A stretch of DNA of 62,733 bases, the filler included, from Trichosphaerium sp. ATCC 40318 (lineage: Eukaryota > Protista > Tubulinea): assembly GCA_038496445.1 (NCBI GenBank). It is 3 parts of 3 records of this genome, joined end to end, with 100 filler letters (N's around TTAATTAATTAA, not from the genome) between each part and the next. Parts side by side here need not be neighbours in the genome. Positions count along the whole stretch, not along the records: positions 1 to 29,138 come from JALMLS010000020.1; 2 more parts are not named here. One strand, written 5' to 3'. The notes under the pieces were generated by a model. The model was not told the DNA's origin. It worked only from the letters and a program-made list of their open reading frames with translations, and searched no databases. This document shows, one piece after another, positions 13,059 through 26,847 of the stretch (position 1 is its first letter; each line of letters starts with the position of its first letter). Made by a program: the position numbers and the translations under genes.

Positions 13059-16000
13059 TTACAGTCGTGTGGAGCATTCGTTTTTGCTACAAATTGTACA
13101 TTTTGAAGGTCTTGTTTTGTATTTGTAAATTACCATAGGCACTTCAAGATCTTCATCATCAAGAGATGCAACAACATTCAAATCAATGAAGTTTTGCGAT
13201 GGTAAAAACTTGTATTTATGATATAGAACATCTTGAACCAATACGTCCATAAAGTTCTGTCTGTTACCAAAACACATGTAAAGTAATATTGTGGAATAAC
13301 CAATAAGCTAAAAAAAAAGAATAAGAACCAAACGGGTTAAAAATAAACAAACTTTTGAATAAAGTTTTGGGTTATCGTTAAGTAGTATTGACGAGTTATG
13401 CTCGCTTGGATATAACCCTTTAGTGATAATTTACGTAAATTAGACAGTATAATACAAAAGCATTCAGTTCATTGCTGTAAATGAAAACAGTAAAAACCCT
13501 CAAATAGACTTTAAATCGTACCTCTACAGAGCAATTGTGGTACTTTTTAGAAACAAGAGATAAAAATTGTTCTATAGTCAAATCTCCTTCATCTATGATA
13601 AGTTTATCCCAAGTAGTAATTGGAGGTATACTCGGAGCACTTGATTCCTATATAACAATTATGAAATGAATGTTGACGGAGGTATATATACCAGTTTCTT
13701 TGGTTCTGCTGCTTCGAATTGCATAAAAAGGTTATTTTTTGTAATGATATTATGGTCATTAGGAAGACTAGAATTATTTCCAAGTATTTCATAAACACCC
13801 ATGGCCATGAGACCCTACTATATATTAACAATACTAAACGACACAAATTCAAAAGAAAGTTCTTGAGCTTAAGAAAAAAACGAACATGATGAATGAGTAG
13901 TGTACTTTTGAGAGCAAAGAACACTCTTTTAAAATTTGAGGTTTGAAAAAAAAGAAGGAAAACAAAAGAGACGTACAGCAACGATAGAAATAGTAGCAGG
14001 CATACTTGGTTTAGTGTTTGTTAAATACCTCTCTGCACGTAATTTATCATAGCTTTTATACCTTATGTTCTCTACTTTAAAGTCACCAGCTCTTCTAGAA
14101 AACTCTGTTTCAAGGCTACCAAGATTGAATGTATTATCTAGTTTGTTAATACAAACATTATTCAAACAAAATTCTTTAATACTCTTCAATAGATTATCTC
14201 TGATTATTTTTGTTGCGTCACTCAACATTTGTTTAGCATCCATGGAAGCAATCTCATCTTCAGATTTATCACACTTAAAGTCATCCTCAGAGAGATTCGT
14301 GGCTCTATTGTGCGCATACGGTCGTAACGTTGTTGATCTTAGAACAACCAAGAAGTCTTCAAACGAGTCGACTGGAGGAATATTATATGCCTTTGCATAG
14401 AGGTTACTTGTAACGTGAAGAAATCGTTGGTGAGTCTCAAGAGATAATGATAATTCCAAAGCAACAGGTAATCGTTTAGAACCAGACCAAAAAGGTTGAC
14501 CTACAACGAATCATTAGCTTATTGAAAACGAACTAGAGTTTGACAAATAAGAGGGTTGTAAGTACCATCAGCTGATTTGTACGATGGAGGGAAATGATGG
14601 TGTAATACTTTTACACTGAAGTCAAAATTATAAACAAAAAAATCTGCAGCATGTTGTATGCAATCGCTAAATGATTTTGTGTAATACGCTGTACGAATCA
14701 AGTTTTCTATTCTTTCTATTTCGGTGAGCCTCTGGCTGTGTGAATCAGGGTCCTATAATAAGAGAATTACAACTCAAGTACATACTAACGGTGAAGAGCT
14801 AGCTATGGTTGAAAAAAAAACTCACTTTGTCTATATTTTTCATTAATTCTTGTGCGTCTTGAATCTCATTAACAAATATCTTTGTATATTCACCTTTCAT
14901 ATGTGCATAGCATTGAGAAGGTTTGGAAGCCCATCCGTGCTTTGAAATCTCCATAGGTTCTTCAGTTTTTACAATATCTAAACCACTACATGTTTTGAAT
15001 GGAATTAAAACCTACAAACAAAATCATAAGTCTTGAACTTGTACGCTTATTCTATATCTTTCTGGTCCTAAAAAAGAAGCTGCCGTACACCAGTGAATCC
15101 CCTGAAGCTACGAGAACCTCCTTCAATGACAGGCTTTTCCCAAAGTATGGATTTTTCGTATAAATAGCGATGTCCTTGGCTATAAAGAATGAAAGAGTTA
15201 TTACTTTTCTTTCGTTTATCGTTCTTTTAGTACCGTGTATGAGGAGCAAACAATATTGTTGCTTCTTTGTAGACTAAGTGGTCGTCTAAAGCAACAAGGC
15301 CTTTTTTAGAAGAAAGAGAAGATTCCGTTGCAAATCTATGTGTAGCAATATCACTTTGCGAAATACAAGCGTTATCTATCACTGATAGTGATCCACCATT
15401 TGCTCCAAACCCCATGAGCGCTAGATCTAACAATGTTTGAGAGCTGGTACAAAAATTTTTCGCGTACTTTGAAGGAGCGCATTTGAAAGTCCTCCACAAC
15501 CGCCCACTACACCTTTCTGCTTTCCAATTGTGTGTATCATATTTTGTCCAAATATAGATATTTGATGGTCGTGTCGGGATCCAATAGGCGTTGTATTTCC
15601 TCTATCTTTGACAGAAGGAAGCAAGTAAAAAAAATCCCCATGCAGCCACTGATTAAGTGGTTCATGTAGCCCAGATATCTTTGTAACTTCTGAAGCTAGT
15701 ATACCACCAACAACAGAACCTTTTTAAATCTTTTAGCTTCAACTTAATAAAATATACTTCAAAGAACGCACAGATTCCAGGAAGCTCACACTTTAAGTAA
15801 GAAAACATTTTTTTAATTGTATCTTCCAACACATCCTCAAGTCCAATAAGATCCTGGGGTTTCTCCATGGATTCATTGTATTCATTTGCTAATACGATAC
15901 ATTCTAAAACAATAAAAGGTAAGACATTCATAGCATAGTCTCAAGATTGTTCTTTCTCTTTTTTTACCTTTGAAATCCGTTGAAGAGTCAATGTTTGGAT

Positions 16001-17437
16001 CTTTGTTGTGCTTTTCCCTAAACAGCCACAATGCCATTAAACTTATATGTAAGTTCATAAGCCTTCCATTGAATTGATTAATTATTCCAAGAGAGGACAG
16101 ACACTCAAACTTTTTAGCACTATCCTACAGTAGAATAGGCGTAAGTAGCCACCATCACAAAGTTATTTTCACACTGTAAAACATAACTCCCGTTTCAAAC
16201 TACAAGAAGCATTTCAAGACGTACAACGAGACTGAGGTGTGATATTTGTTTTGGTAAGTCTACAGTAGTTACAATACCCTCAGTAGCAAGTAAAGGCCAT
16301 TCCTATAATAATCTTAACAGCAAGTCATCAAACGATTAATACCTTGGCTTGAGAATAACCAACTGAAAAATAGAACTTTGTAGCACAACGTCGCCTTGAT
16401 TTCGGATCCGCTACTAACGAGAAAAGTCTAACGCTAACATGTCCAATACCCTCAAGTTGAGGTATCATAGATACCCCACTAAATACTACTTTTGCACCTT
16501 CTTCGAATCTATGTCTCGTAACAGAGCTTACGCAATATTCAATGACACCAAATTGCTCTTCATATTTTCCAGCAATTTGCGAAATAACTACTTCCTCAAT
16601 TTCTGTTCCTATGGCGTGTGTATTAAGTTAGTAAGCGAAATCTTTGTATCTCCAAAGTTAAACCTGTCTCGGTGATAAGATGGTTTGGTCCAAAATCGGA
16701 AAACACGTGAAAGCTGAGCTAAAAAAATGATGAGAAAACTGCGAGTTTCCAAAAAAAAAACTAACACCGAAATTAGCTGCCAACAGGAACACAACTGGTT
16801 TCTTTTCACCCATGCCATACTCATCAATAACAATCCTATCTCTACACCACGAATTCCATTGTTTCAAAGCTATAGAATCTCAACACTAAGTCATAATCAA
16901 TACGTACTCTTCAAAGGTATATCTATTGTAACAACGAGTGCATCATATTGTTGTAGTGCGTCCTCTGTTATTGGTTTGCTTCTAGCATCAACTTTCGTAT
17001 CTGCTCTAAACTCTCCAAGGCTTCTTGCGCACGTTGGCCCTCTAGGAAGTGTTAATCTTGCATATGAAGACAGAAGCTCTTATTCACCGAATTCCACCAA
17101 CGTCTTTTTCTGTGATGAATGAATTAGCTCCAATGTCGCTAATTACGATCTCTTCATTATCAAAAAGCGTCAAGCGCCGTATACCAGACAATACAAGGTT
17201 TTTGGCTGTTTCAACACCAACACCTTTACATTGTATCAGCGGCGTGTTTTTCTACATTTATGACGGCCGATGAGTACCTTTTGCTCCTATAACCAACACA
17301 TTTAACTTTTGAAGCCTAATCAACGCATCCCCGCCACAAGCACATACTAGACGCGCGTATTTGGTGTAAAACTAAATAAAAGTTACCAAAAGGCACAAAA
17401 AAGATGCCAATCCTACCTTAGGCGGGATCTCCGACAT
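13059..17437 (-). CDS. Divergent ubiquitin-activating enzyme E1 (UBA1/UBA6-like) paralogue, probably catalytically degenerate; 3' end approximate
   Basis: LNVLVIGAK/GVGVETAKNLVLSGIRRLTLFD (first adenylation domain), RHDHQISIFG (second), SFSDCIQHAADFF...HHFPP...QPFWSGSKRLP (SCCH-like), FLHVTSNLYAKAYNIPP, UFD-like tail FIDLNV...DEDLEVPMVIY. Confidence 0.8.
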
Positions 17438-17586
17438 TGCGTGTTAACAGACCAACGAAAACCAGCTTCTGAAACATTAAGGCAAGTGCGTTTTCGGTCC
17501 AGACTATCTCACAAAAAAAAAATGCTCTTTTCAGTTCCGAATTTAAACAACGGAGTTCCAGCTCGTATACAACTTAATGGACATAC

Positions 17587-19929
17587 ATGAAACAGGTTCT
17601 AGACTCTACCAAGCAAGAAACTACGACACCTGCAAGTACATTGTTCTCGTTTCTTTGCATTCTTAGGGTAGTGACATGGCAAGCGCACATTGGTTTTTTT
17701 CCTGATTATGCACGAACTAATTTCTCCGGAAATACCCAAACATACGGGAGTGTATTGACAATAAATATCCATGACACTAACAACTCTTCTTGTACTGTTC
17801 TGTTGCTTTGCAGCAGTCATTCTAAAGCCGTTCCAATACGATCCTACGAACTCTTCAATTAATCACGTGCATAAAGCTCTAACAAGCGGAGCGTCATGTC
17901 AGAGTACGGATTATTATAATTATTGACAACTTTTCTCTGTTTTTCTCACCTTACCAGTTTAAAACACGTGTTTTTAGCTATTATTTCCCAACATCTTGAG
18001 ATTATTTACCAAAATGATGACAAAAACAAGTACCTTCATGCCATGATACGCGTCAATGAAAACGCTCTAAAGTGAGATACATAATGTTGCTTGGGTTTAA
18101 CCTAAACAAGGCAAGCGGCGCTACTTGATTCTATGCGCTACAAAGGACGTAGCGATGCTGATATTATAGCAGATCAACCCCTCTTTTGCGTTCCATCAAT
18201 TGTCAAAGATAACTACGACTTTGTAGGCGCGTGACACATTGTATACTTGCAACACTTTTTTCTAACTCATCAATCAGGTATGCCGACATCTGCTGGTTCA
18301 ATTGCTCTTAACAATTCATACCCAATAACAAACTCGCATTCTGTTGCAGCGCTTCTTAATAATGGTAAATTACAACCTCAATTGTAACGTCTAATTCTTT
18401 GTGAAAGGAGCTGTGATACTTGGTAAAGCTAACATGGCTGAATTCGCTACATTCGGAACAAACACTATGAGGTACACCGCATTTGTATGCTCAAAAAAGT
18501 AGTTAACATCTTCAAGCTCTCTTGGTGGTCAGACCTTGAATTTCTTCAGGCCTAGCCATACTCCTTATGGTTCTAGTGGAGGAAGTGCAACTGCGTCTGC
18601 GGCTGGCTACTCTGTTATTGCCCTTGGAACTGGTGAGAACGATCAGCTCGGCCACGCTGATTTTTTCAATAGATACAAGTGGTTCTATCCAACTACCTTC
18701 AAGCGCTGCTTCTCTGGTTGGTATACGGTCTACTCTTGGATTAGTATCTATTAAAGGCATTGCTCCATTAAACGTTTATCGAGACGTATCTGGACCACTT
18801 TGCAAAACTGTTCTAGATGCCGCAAAAGCTCTTCAAGTACGTCAATGATGTATATTATTACTTTTTATTCGTACACTAAACAACTCTTTGTAGGTAATGG
18901 TTGACCCGTCACAGTCCTCAAAGGGTCCTCAAAACTATGTCGATTATGTGTCAAAGTTAGGACTACAAGGTGCTCGACTAGCATTTGGTAATGGAACTTT
19001 ACAGTACATTGTTTCTCCAGAGATAACAATGATACCGGATAAACAGGTATTAAAAAAACAACTTCGTAGTTTCTAACACAAACATAAGGTCGTTTCTATG
19101 GTTGAAAATGTATTGAATACAATGGCATCAGGTGGTGCCACTATTATAAGTTCAAATGTATTTTCAGAGCTTTTTCTTATGATGAGCTCTGGTACTGATG
19201 AAGGCACATGCTTTCCAAAGGTAAACATTTATAAATTGCTTTCTGGAACATTTTATTAAGACTGCTTTCTTAGCAATTTAAATACTTCTTTAATGAGTAC
19301 CTATCGCGATTGTCACCAAATGCACCAATGAAAACACTTAGTGATATCGTGGCATCAGGTGCGGCACAGAAAAACAGTTTGCAAACGAAGCACTAGCTAA
19401 CACATATCTTTAAAACTATAGGAAAGTACTTGCATCGTTATGGTGTAGATGAGCTTTTGAAGTCCGCCGCAGACTCTAATACTACCACTGATCCATCAAA
19501 AGATAAAGATTGTTCAGCATTCGTTGCTCTGAAAGAAAAAGCTGCAAATGTAAGCCACCTAATTTGATTGTTTACATTTGTGACAAGTTGCTCTAGTTTT
19601 TGGAATCACAAATGGACAAGCTTAATATTTCAGCTTTTATTTATCCTCCGGCAAACCAAAGACCATTTTACTTGTCAGAAACACTTCCTCCACCAAAAGG
19701 TACTCACACCTACTTTTGAAAATCACGTGCAAGATTTTATTTAATTGTATACTTTTTAGGATGGTTTCCATTTGTTGAGGTATCTGCATTTACTGGACTT
19801 CCTGCTATCACAGTACCGATTGGATTTATTGAAGAACTTCCATTTGGTTTGAATATAATAGGTCGTAGATACCAAGAGGCAGAGCTTATTAAAATAGCTT
19901 CCGGATTAGAAGCAGCCCTAAATATCTAA
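17587..19929 (+). CDS. Amidase-signature family enzyme, multi-exon
   Basis: VPSIVKDNYD, GAVILGKANMAEFA, PYGSSGGSATASAAGYSVIALGT/DTSGSIQLPSSAASLVGIRSTLGLVS, TGLPAITVPIGF...LPFGLNIIGRRYQEAELIKIA. Confidence 0.9.
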
Positions 19930-21063
19930 TAATAAATATCTTTTTCTATCTTGTTTGTCTAATGCTAGAGGTGTTACATGTTAACGGGTTACAAGGTAGT
20001 GTGGGTATACCCTGCTGTTATCAAACACAGCATATATTTTCCCTTTTGAAGACTCCATGGTACACGAATCACATCGAGTAATCCCAACACGTTCAAGGGT
20101 ACCAGTTCGATTAACCACGCCAATATTGAGTTAATTCTTCGTTAGTGTGAGACCTTCCAAGGTGCCAGCAACATCTACTACATTCATCAGCCATACAACT
20201 CTGCTCAGGCTTTGTGATATTTTGGCTTCACGAACTTGGTGTACTACTCAATTCTAGTTATATGTCTCTAAAAGCTACGACAACTACGTGACCAGTGTCA
20301 ATGGTAACAAAGAAGTTGGCACTGCCCAACGAGAAGACATTGATGGTAACGCTTGTATTCGCTAGGTGGCGATCTGCGCTCTCGTAAATGACGGCAAAAA
20401 ATAAATTTAAATGAGATATTTTTTGTACCATTTACAACAATTTACTCAAACAATAAATCCATTCGCAAGTAATTAACAATAGCAAACAGGGCAAGGTTGC
20501 CAATGGATTCTAATTTCGTTTTGGTTTTTGTAAGAAAAAAAATGTGCACCTGCCGGATACTGTTTACCCGTTTCTGTTTTTAGGTCTATAAAATTGAAAA
20601 ATACCATATCCGTGGCGTGAGCTCCTGGCGAAGGCCTTAGAGGTATTGTTTTGTACTACACCATAAACAACTATTATTGGACTCCATCTCAACTGCAGGC
20701 ACTAAAACTGTCACAAAAAGACTATAAATTGCAGAAAATGGATCAAAACGATATTGAACAACCGTACAACCCAAATATAATACAACACCCACTTCAAATG
20801 GAAGACGAGGTAACAGATACAGAAGTTGTAAATCAAGAACAACCGTACAATCCGAACATAATACAACCTCCACTTCAAACGGAAAACAAAACAACAGACA
20901 CAAAAGCTAATGACACAGACAATTTGGCACTAAGAATACAATCAAATGTGCTCGTCACAGCAGATACTAAACCAACTAAAGTGTGCGTGATTTTTTTTAT
21001 GTACTTGTCTTGTCGACGGCAGTTAACAAAAAAGTTATCTCGCCCAGATTTTTGAATATATGA

Positions 21064-23151
21064 ATGAATATAGAATTATTTCAGGCGTTTGAACTGAGTG
21101 GACCAGAATGGCTCTATTCTATTCTTAACCCAAATACAACAACAAGAGTAACAGCTCGATTAATCAAGATGGCAAGTAGTAAACAAAATCAAATGTTGGG
21201 TGATATCGACCTTGGCGACCAAGGAACGGCGGTGGCTGATGGAAAGGAGGGTCCAGAACTCCTCGAGATGCACGTCTACTGGCAGAAGGTGGGTGATCAC
21301 GCACTAGCAAGCTTCAAGACCTTCGACCGAGTACTGGCAAACTTGGTGAAGAAGCAAAGTTATCTCGATCTCTACAAAACAGCCTTGGACCCTGACAACC
21401 GACTATGAGGGCATGGCTTGTGGTCTGTGTTGGAAAGCAGATCGTTGAAGCAGTTGGCCGAAATTCATCTACGCGTACGCGAGTATGTCTTTCGTGGCAA
21501 GTACCCAGAATGGGCTCCGCTTGGTAAGGTCTTTTTCAATTTAGCAGAAAACAAACAGAAGTCGATCTCGGCGGTACTCTACGAGAACCCGGAACTGGTG
21601 GCTCAGAAAAGATCTCTGCTTACGCAGATTGGTACCTACGTGAAACAAACCCTTTCTCCGTCTAAAAACAGACGTAAAACTACCACTTTACCTTCAGAAG
21701 CTTCTAAACCTCCAAACTCACCGCGAGTAGGCAACCCGAACGGAACTTCGGCAACAAACGGCAGAACGGAACCGACACGCGATGAGCTTGTGGCTCACAA
21801 CGCCCAGCTCCAGAAGGACCTGCTTAAGACGCGTACCGACATGGCTATGTTGGAATCGCGCATGAAAACGTTCGAGTCGATGCTGACTCAACAGAATACA
21901 TCTCAAAGTGCTGCGTCGCAGCAGAGTATGTCTTTATACCCACCGGCAAAAAAGAATAGCCGAGTTATAAATTTAGCCGATATCGAAACAAGTAGTTTAC
22001 TTGACCTCGCTAGCAACTTTGAAGGAATGGAACCAGCAGCGCCGACTCCTGCTAGAGGTCCACCGAACACCGTGACGGTGCAACAACGTGTCGTACAGAA
22101 GCCTCCAGTACTTCCCAAACCAGCTACGCAACCGAAAGTTGCTTCTCCTCCAACCGATTGGATCAACCTGTTCGCTCCTCGCATAGGAGGCTATTCTACC
22201 ACGGCTGTGGGCACTGCTCCTGCTCTCCCGTCAATTCCGATGGTCGCCGCACCAACGAGTACTAGCGCTGCCAGGCCTAGTCCAACACCCGTCGTTACCA
22301 CACCCACACTTGGGTCAGTTCAAGGTATGACCACGCAGTCGAGTACTGCTTCACGCTCAAACCTGAAGTTGTTAGGTGGCGCCAACACGTATCCGATGAT
22401 ACCAACTCCGAACGCAACTCAGTTAGCTGTGGTAAGTCATGCGGAGAGAAAGGAGCAAAAGAAACGTTTTAAAGAAGCTCCTCTTTTACCTGGTGTACAA
22501 CGTTTTGGCACCTGGTTGCCGGTGTATCACCCAGAACTGGTGCAACCACTAACGCTGTTCAGCTCTTTGCCAGTGCGTACCAACGGGGAGTGCAAGCCGC
22601 AGAAAATAAAAAGCAAAAACCAACTCTGCCTGCACCTCCAACTCATAGACCAGCAGCTAAATCTGGACGCTTTGCACGGCCTCGTAGACAACGAAGGACT
22701 AACCAGTTACGTGCAGTACTGCGCGCAAATGGAAACATTTCTTTTTACATACAGTCTGGACCGGGTACTCGTTTTTGACAGAAATGTTCAAGCGCTCTGG
22801 GAGCGCACCAACATGAATTACGCTTTCCCACAGATGTATATGACTATGTACCTAGGAACTGTACCTCTACCAGGTGGCAACGGTGGACAGCACCAACAGC
22901 AAGGCCAGTCTAGGCAGAGAAATCAGAGGCAACCAATGACGGCATCCCAGGTGCAACAAGCACAGAGAACGAGCCGTCGCAACCGCTGGAATATTCCAAA
23001 TATTCACGCAGCTTGTGCTGGCACGAACCAACCGCCATTAGGAACCTGTTCGTATATGCAACGTCGTGGTACTTGTAACTTACACCACGTCTGCTTTAGT
23101 TGTGGCAATCCTAATCATTATTATGATGACTGTCCTACTAAGAGGACCTGA
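21064..23151 (+). CDS. Gag-like ORF1 of the retroelement (one in-frame TGA at 21406-21408)
   Basis: ORFs 21064-21408 and 21418-23151 share a frame; coiled coil, long Pro/Thr-rich linker, C-terminal CSYMQRRGTCNLHHVCFSCGNPNHYYDDC Zn-finger cluster. Confidence 0.75.
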
Positions 23152-23945
23152 AATGTAGTGCCCACTTGTGCATTAAATAAAGGAATTATTTCTAACAAAA
23201 GTTTTGTTGTTGTGGAAATGACCAAGTGTGCACCCGTCTGGGCAAAGTTATGTAGTAAGGACAAGGACTGGGACTGGGTAGCTGGCTGGATAAACAGTGG
23301 CATACCAGTAATCCCTTTGGGTACAGCAGTACCGGTTACGAACGTTGAAAACTCGAAAACGTGTAACAAATGGAGCAAATTCGTAGATAAAGATATAAAG
23401 GAAGAACTAAAGAAAGGATGGATCTACGAAGTAAAAACAGCGAGAAAATGCAACCAGATTGCAGCTATACCAAAGTATACGGATCTCGGTGTGTTTAGGA
23501 ACAAGATACGAAAGATAGTGTGCTTGAACAGACCAGTTAACAGGTCTACGAACGATATATCAGGGAAAGCACCGAAATTTAGCTTAACAGCGCTTAGAGA
23601 TGTGATAAAATTTCTAAGAGCGAACCCAGACGCTGTCTGGCTAGGAAAATCGGATATGGAGTGTGCTTATTGGATGGTACCAACACATCCAGCACATCAC
23701 GATTTAATGGCGTTTAAATGGCGTGGTAAGATATACTGCGACGGACAGATGCCTTTTGGATGGAACTGGGCTCTGTATTACTTTGTAAGACTCATGGAAG
23801 TTATATCAAGATACATACGCAAACACATTAAAGGTTTTCACGTGGTGTATCTGGATGACTGGCTAATTATAGCTTTTACAAGCAAAGATGTTAAAGAAGG
23901 ACTGAGAATACTAACAGAAGTCCTAAACGCGTTGGGCTTCAAGAT

Positions 23946-26847
23946 CAGGTCTGAAAATTATCATGGTATAATACCATATTTTATGGTATAATCACCTTTT
24001 ATGGTACAAGCTCAGTATAATCCATAATTATACCATATAATTATACCATAAAATATGGTATAATACCATGTTTTTTGGACAAATGGTATAACAGCCATTA
24101 TACCATGTTTATACCATATCTCAATTTATAGAATATAATTATACCATAAAACATGGTACTATACCATGGTATTATACTGCATTTTAAAGTATATTATACC
24201 ACGCATTATACCATATAATTATACCATAAAACACAGTATTATACCATGGTATTATACCACATTTTACAGTATATTATACCATGCATTATATCATATAATT
24301 ATACCATAAAACACAGTATTATACCATGGTATTATACTGTATTTTACAGTATTGTATACCATGCATTATACCATATAATTATACCATAAAATGTGGTATT
24401 ATACCGTGGTATTATACTGTATAAGTATAAGTTAGTCAAAGCTCACTTGGTCTGCACTTGATTTAATAGCATATGGACCTACACAAACGCCATACCACAC
24501 AATGCTTTGACAGTAGCCGTTATTGAACATAATTGGCATATAAATGTGTGAAAAACAGTTTTAAGAGAGAAATCTGGTAACGCGCCCCAATTACGGGCGT
24601 TTTAGGGATAAATTGGCCAACTTTCTCCGATTAATGGTATTTGAGGAAGAAACCACTCCGCGTACCCCATGTTAGAACGCTACAGTGGTATACACACCAA
24701 AAACGCGTTTAGCGCTCGAAAAATGCCCATTCGCAAAAAACCTCCAATTGGAGGTTTTTTTCTCCGGCTCTCATTTTTTTCTCCCCTCCATACGCATTTT
24801 TACACTCAATCAACGCCATACAGCCTCATTTACCAAATCAAGAGCAAAATTATTTATTTTTTTTTGACATTCTTGATATATGCCCCAATGTGTGTTAAAC
24901 CACACGATTAGTGATATAAGGCAAAGTTGTTTCAGAGCCTACCCATTTTTCAAGTTTTTTGGTTTTTTTTGGATTTTTTTTGATTTTTTTGGTTTTTTTC
25001 CTACCAAACGCCCGCATTTGCCGGAACAGATAGCATTTAGGCTCTGCACCCATGCGTTGACCTTACGAGTGATATTGTAAACTAATTGGCTAAGCCAGGG
25101 CATAAAACTAAGTTTTGACCAGTTTATTGCCCACACAACACAAGGTATGCTAGAAAGTAGTTGTTTTAAAGCTGTTTGCCATAGGTTTTACAGGCTTAAT
25201 AGGTGATATAAAAAAAACAAAACGTGTTAGCCGCCCAACCAGGTACTATTCCGCTAGAACTCGTTTCCGATGAGGTTGGTAGCTATTTTCATTTCTTTGT
25301 TTTAGTCTTGGTTTGGCTTCACTGTGCAGGTCATTTGTTACTCTCAGCGCTGCCATAAAACAACAATTTTTGTACGACTACAGGGCTGAAACTAAATAAG
25401 GCTTTTTTTACAAAAGCCATTTTTTTGCCACCAAATACAGCCTTATTTTTCACCAAATTGCCTTGTTTTTGCCAAAAAAAATGAGCAAATATGAGGCATT
25501 GCCTTGTAATGTTGGCCTTTGGAGCCTCATATTTGGGCCAAATAGCAAGCAACTGGTTCACTAATTAGCCTTAAAATAGCCTGCATTGTTGGTCCAATAA
25601 TGCCTCATTTTTTGTGCAACAATAAGGCATTTTTGCCCTCAATTTTTGGGCATAACCCAGGCACCATATACTCATAAAACAAGGCTTTATATAGGCATAC
25701 AATAGTGATTCATTTATTAAAGTACAGTACACAAAACACAAAAAACTTCAATGTCCTCCATGTGAAAAAAATCCTTTAGCAAGAAAAAAAAATTAACAAA
25801 TTATTGGCATAATTTTCGCGGACTGGAAAAATGGTTTAAAGTACCTATACTCCTATTGTAGGTGCATTTGGGTGCTGCGGTTCGAATGGCGGTAGTTTCG
25901 TTAGAATCCATAAAATACTAAGCGCGTGGTGACGTCGTCTATATAAAACGTCAGTAGTAAATGGAAAAAAATGTTTAGAAAGTGTTGGTGTGGTGGAGAC
26001 TTACCTTAAACCAATGTATCCTTAATGTACAATGTGTACACAACCAATGCCTAATTGATGCCTGTAAATTTAAGGCTGGCAATGCATAAAAAAACTAGGG
26101 CAGGCATTGCCTAAAAAAAACAAGGCATTGCAACAATTAAGGCATTGCCCAACAAAGCCTTATTTCAATGCCTGATTTTTGCCTTTTCTGCCATTGCCTT
26201 TGCAAAATCAGGCATTGCCATTTTTGCATGCCTGATTTTTGCCATCAATGCCTGATTTTAAAAAAATGCCTTCATATTTAAGGCAAAGCCTTGTTTAGTT
26301 TCAGCCCTGTATTTATTTTGTGTACAAGAAACCAAGCCGGCGCTAACTCTTCTTTTAGGTTTCATGTTATATCCATTCAATGCACTTACAGCAAGTACGA
26401 TCTGTTCTTTTAAGGTTATTTGATCACTGCAAAAAAGGACATGGGCAAAACTAAAAGTCACGGATGTAAACAAAAAAAAGATGTATTAATAAATGTGTTT
26501 TTATTTTTAGAACAGTTTTTACACAGTATAATACACCTGGTTTTGTGGTATAATCTACCAAGTTTTAAGGTATAATATACCAGGCTTTATGGTATTATAC
26601 TGTGTTTTATACCATGTTTTATGGTAGAATTATACCATATAATGCATTTTTTCAGGTGAAAAAATATGGTATAAATTCGCACTTTCTACTGTATATTTAT
26701 GGTATAATTTGGCTGTTTCATGGTATAAATCCTTTGATTTATGGTATATTATACTGGAATTTGTGGTATAAAATTGGAATCAATGGTATAATTATACCAC
26801 AAATTCATGGTATCTACCATAAAAACAGCTCGAGAATTTTAGACCTG
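23946..26847. mobile_element. Non-autonomous foldback/TIR element A (2902 bp including a nested element), 2-bp TSD AT
   Basis: Termini CAGGTCTGAAAATT / AATTTTAGACCTG; AT on both sides (23944-5, 26848-9); arms about 23960-24420 and 26520-26820 are built of TATACCAT/ATGGTATA repeats; splits the RT exactly. Confidence 0.92.
25381..26309. mobile_element. Non-autonomous TIR element B (929 bp) nested in element A, 2-bp TSD TA
   Basis: CAGGGCTGAAACTAAATAAGGC / GCCTTGTTTAGTTTCAGCCCTG (22-bp TIR, 1 mismatch); TA on both sides; arms rich in AAGGCATT/ATGCCT repeats. Confidence 0.9.

Noticed and set aside
21406-23151. TGA reassigned to a sense codon in this organism
   Set aside because: Conserved Trp positions in host genes use TGG and I saw no in-frame TGA at conserved positions of host exons.
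25875-25895. tRNA gene at GGTTCGAAT (also 28293)
   Set aside because: No cloverleaf, acceptor stem or A-box could be built around it.
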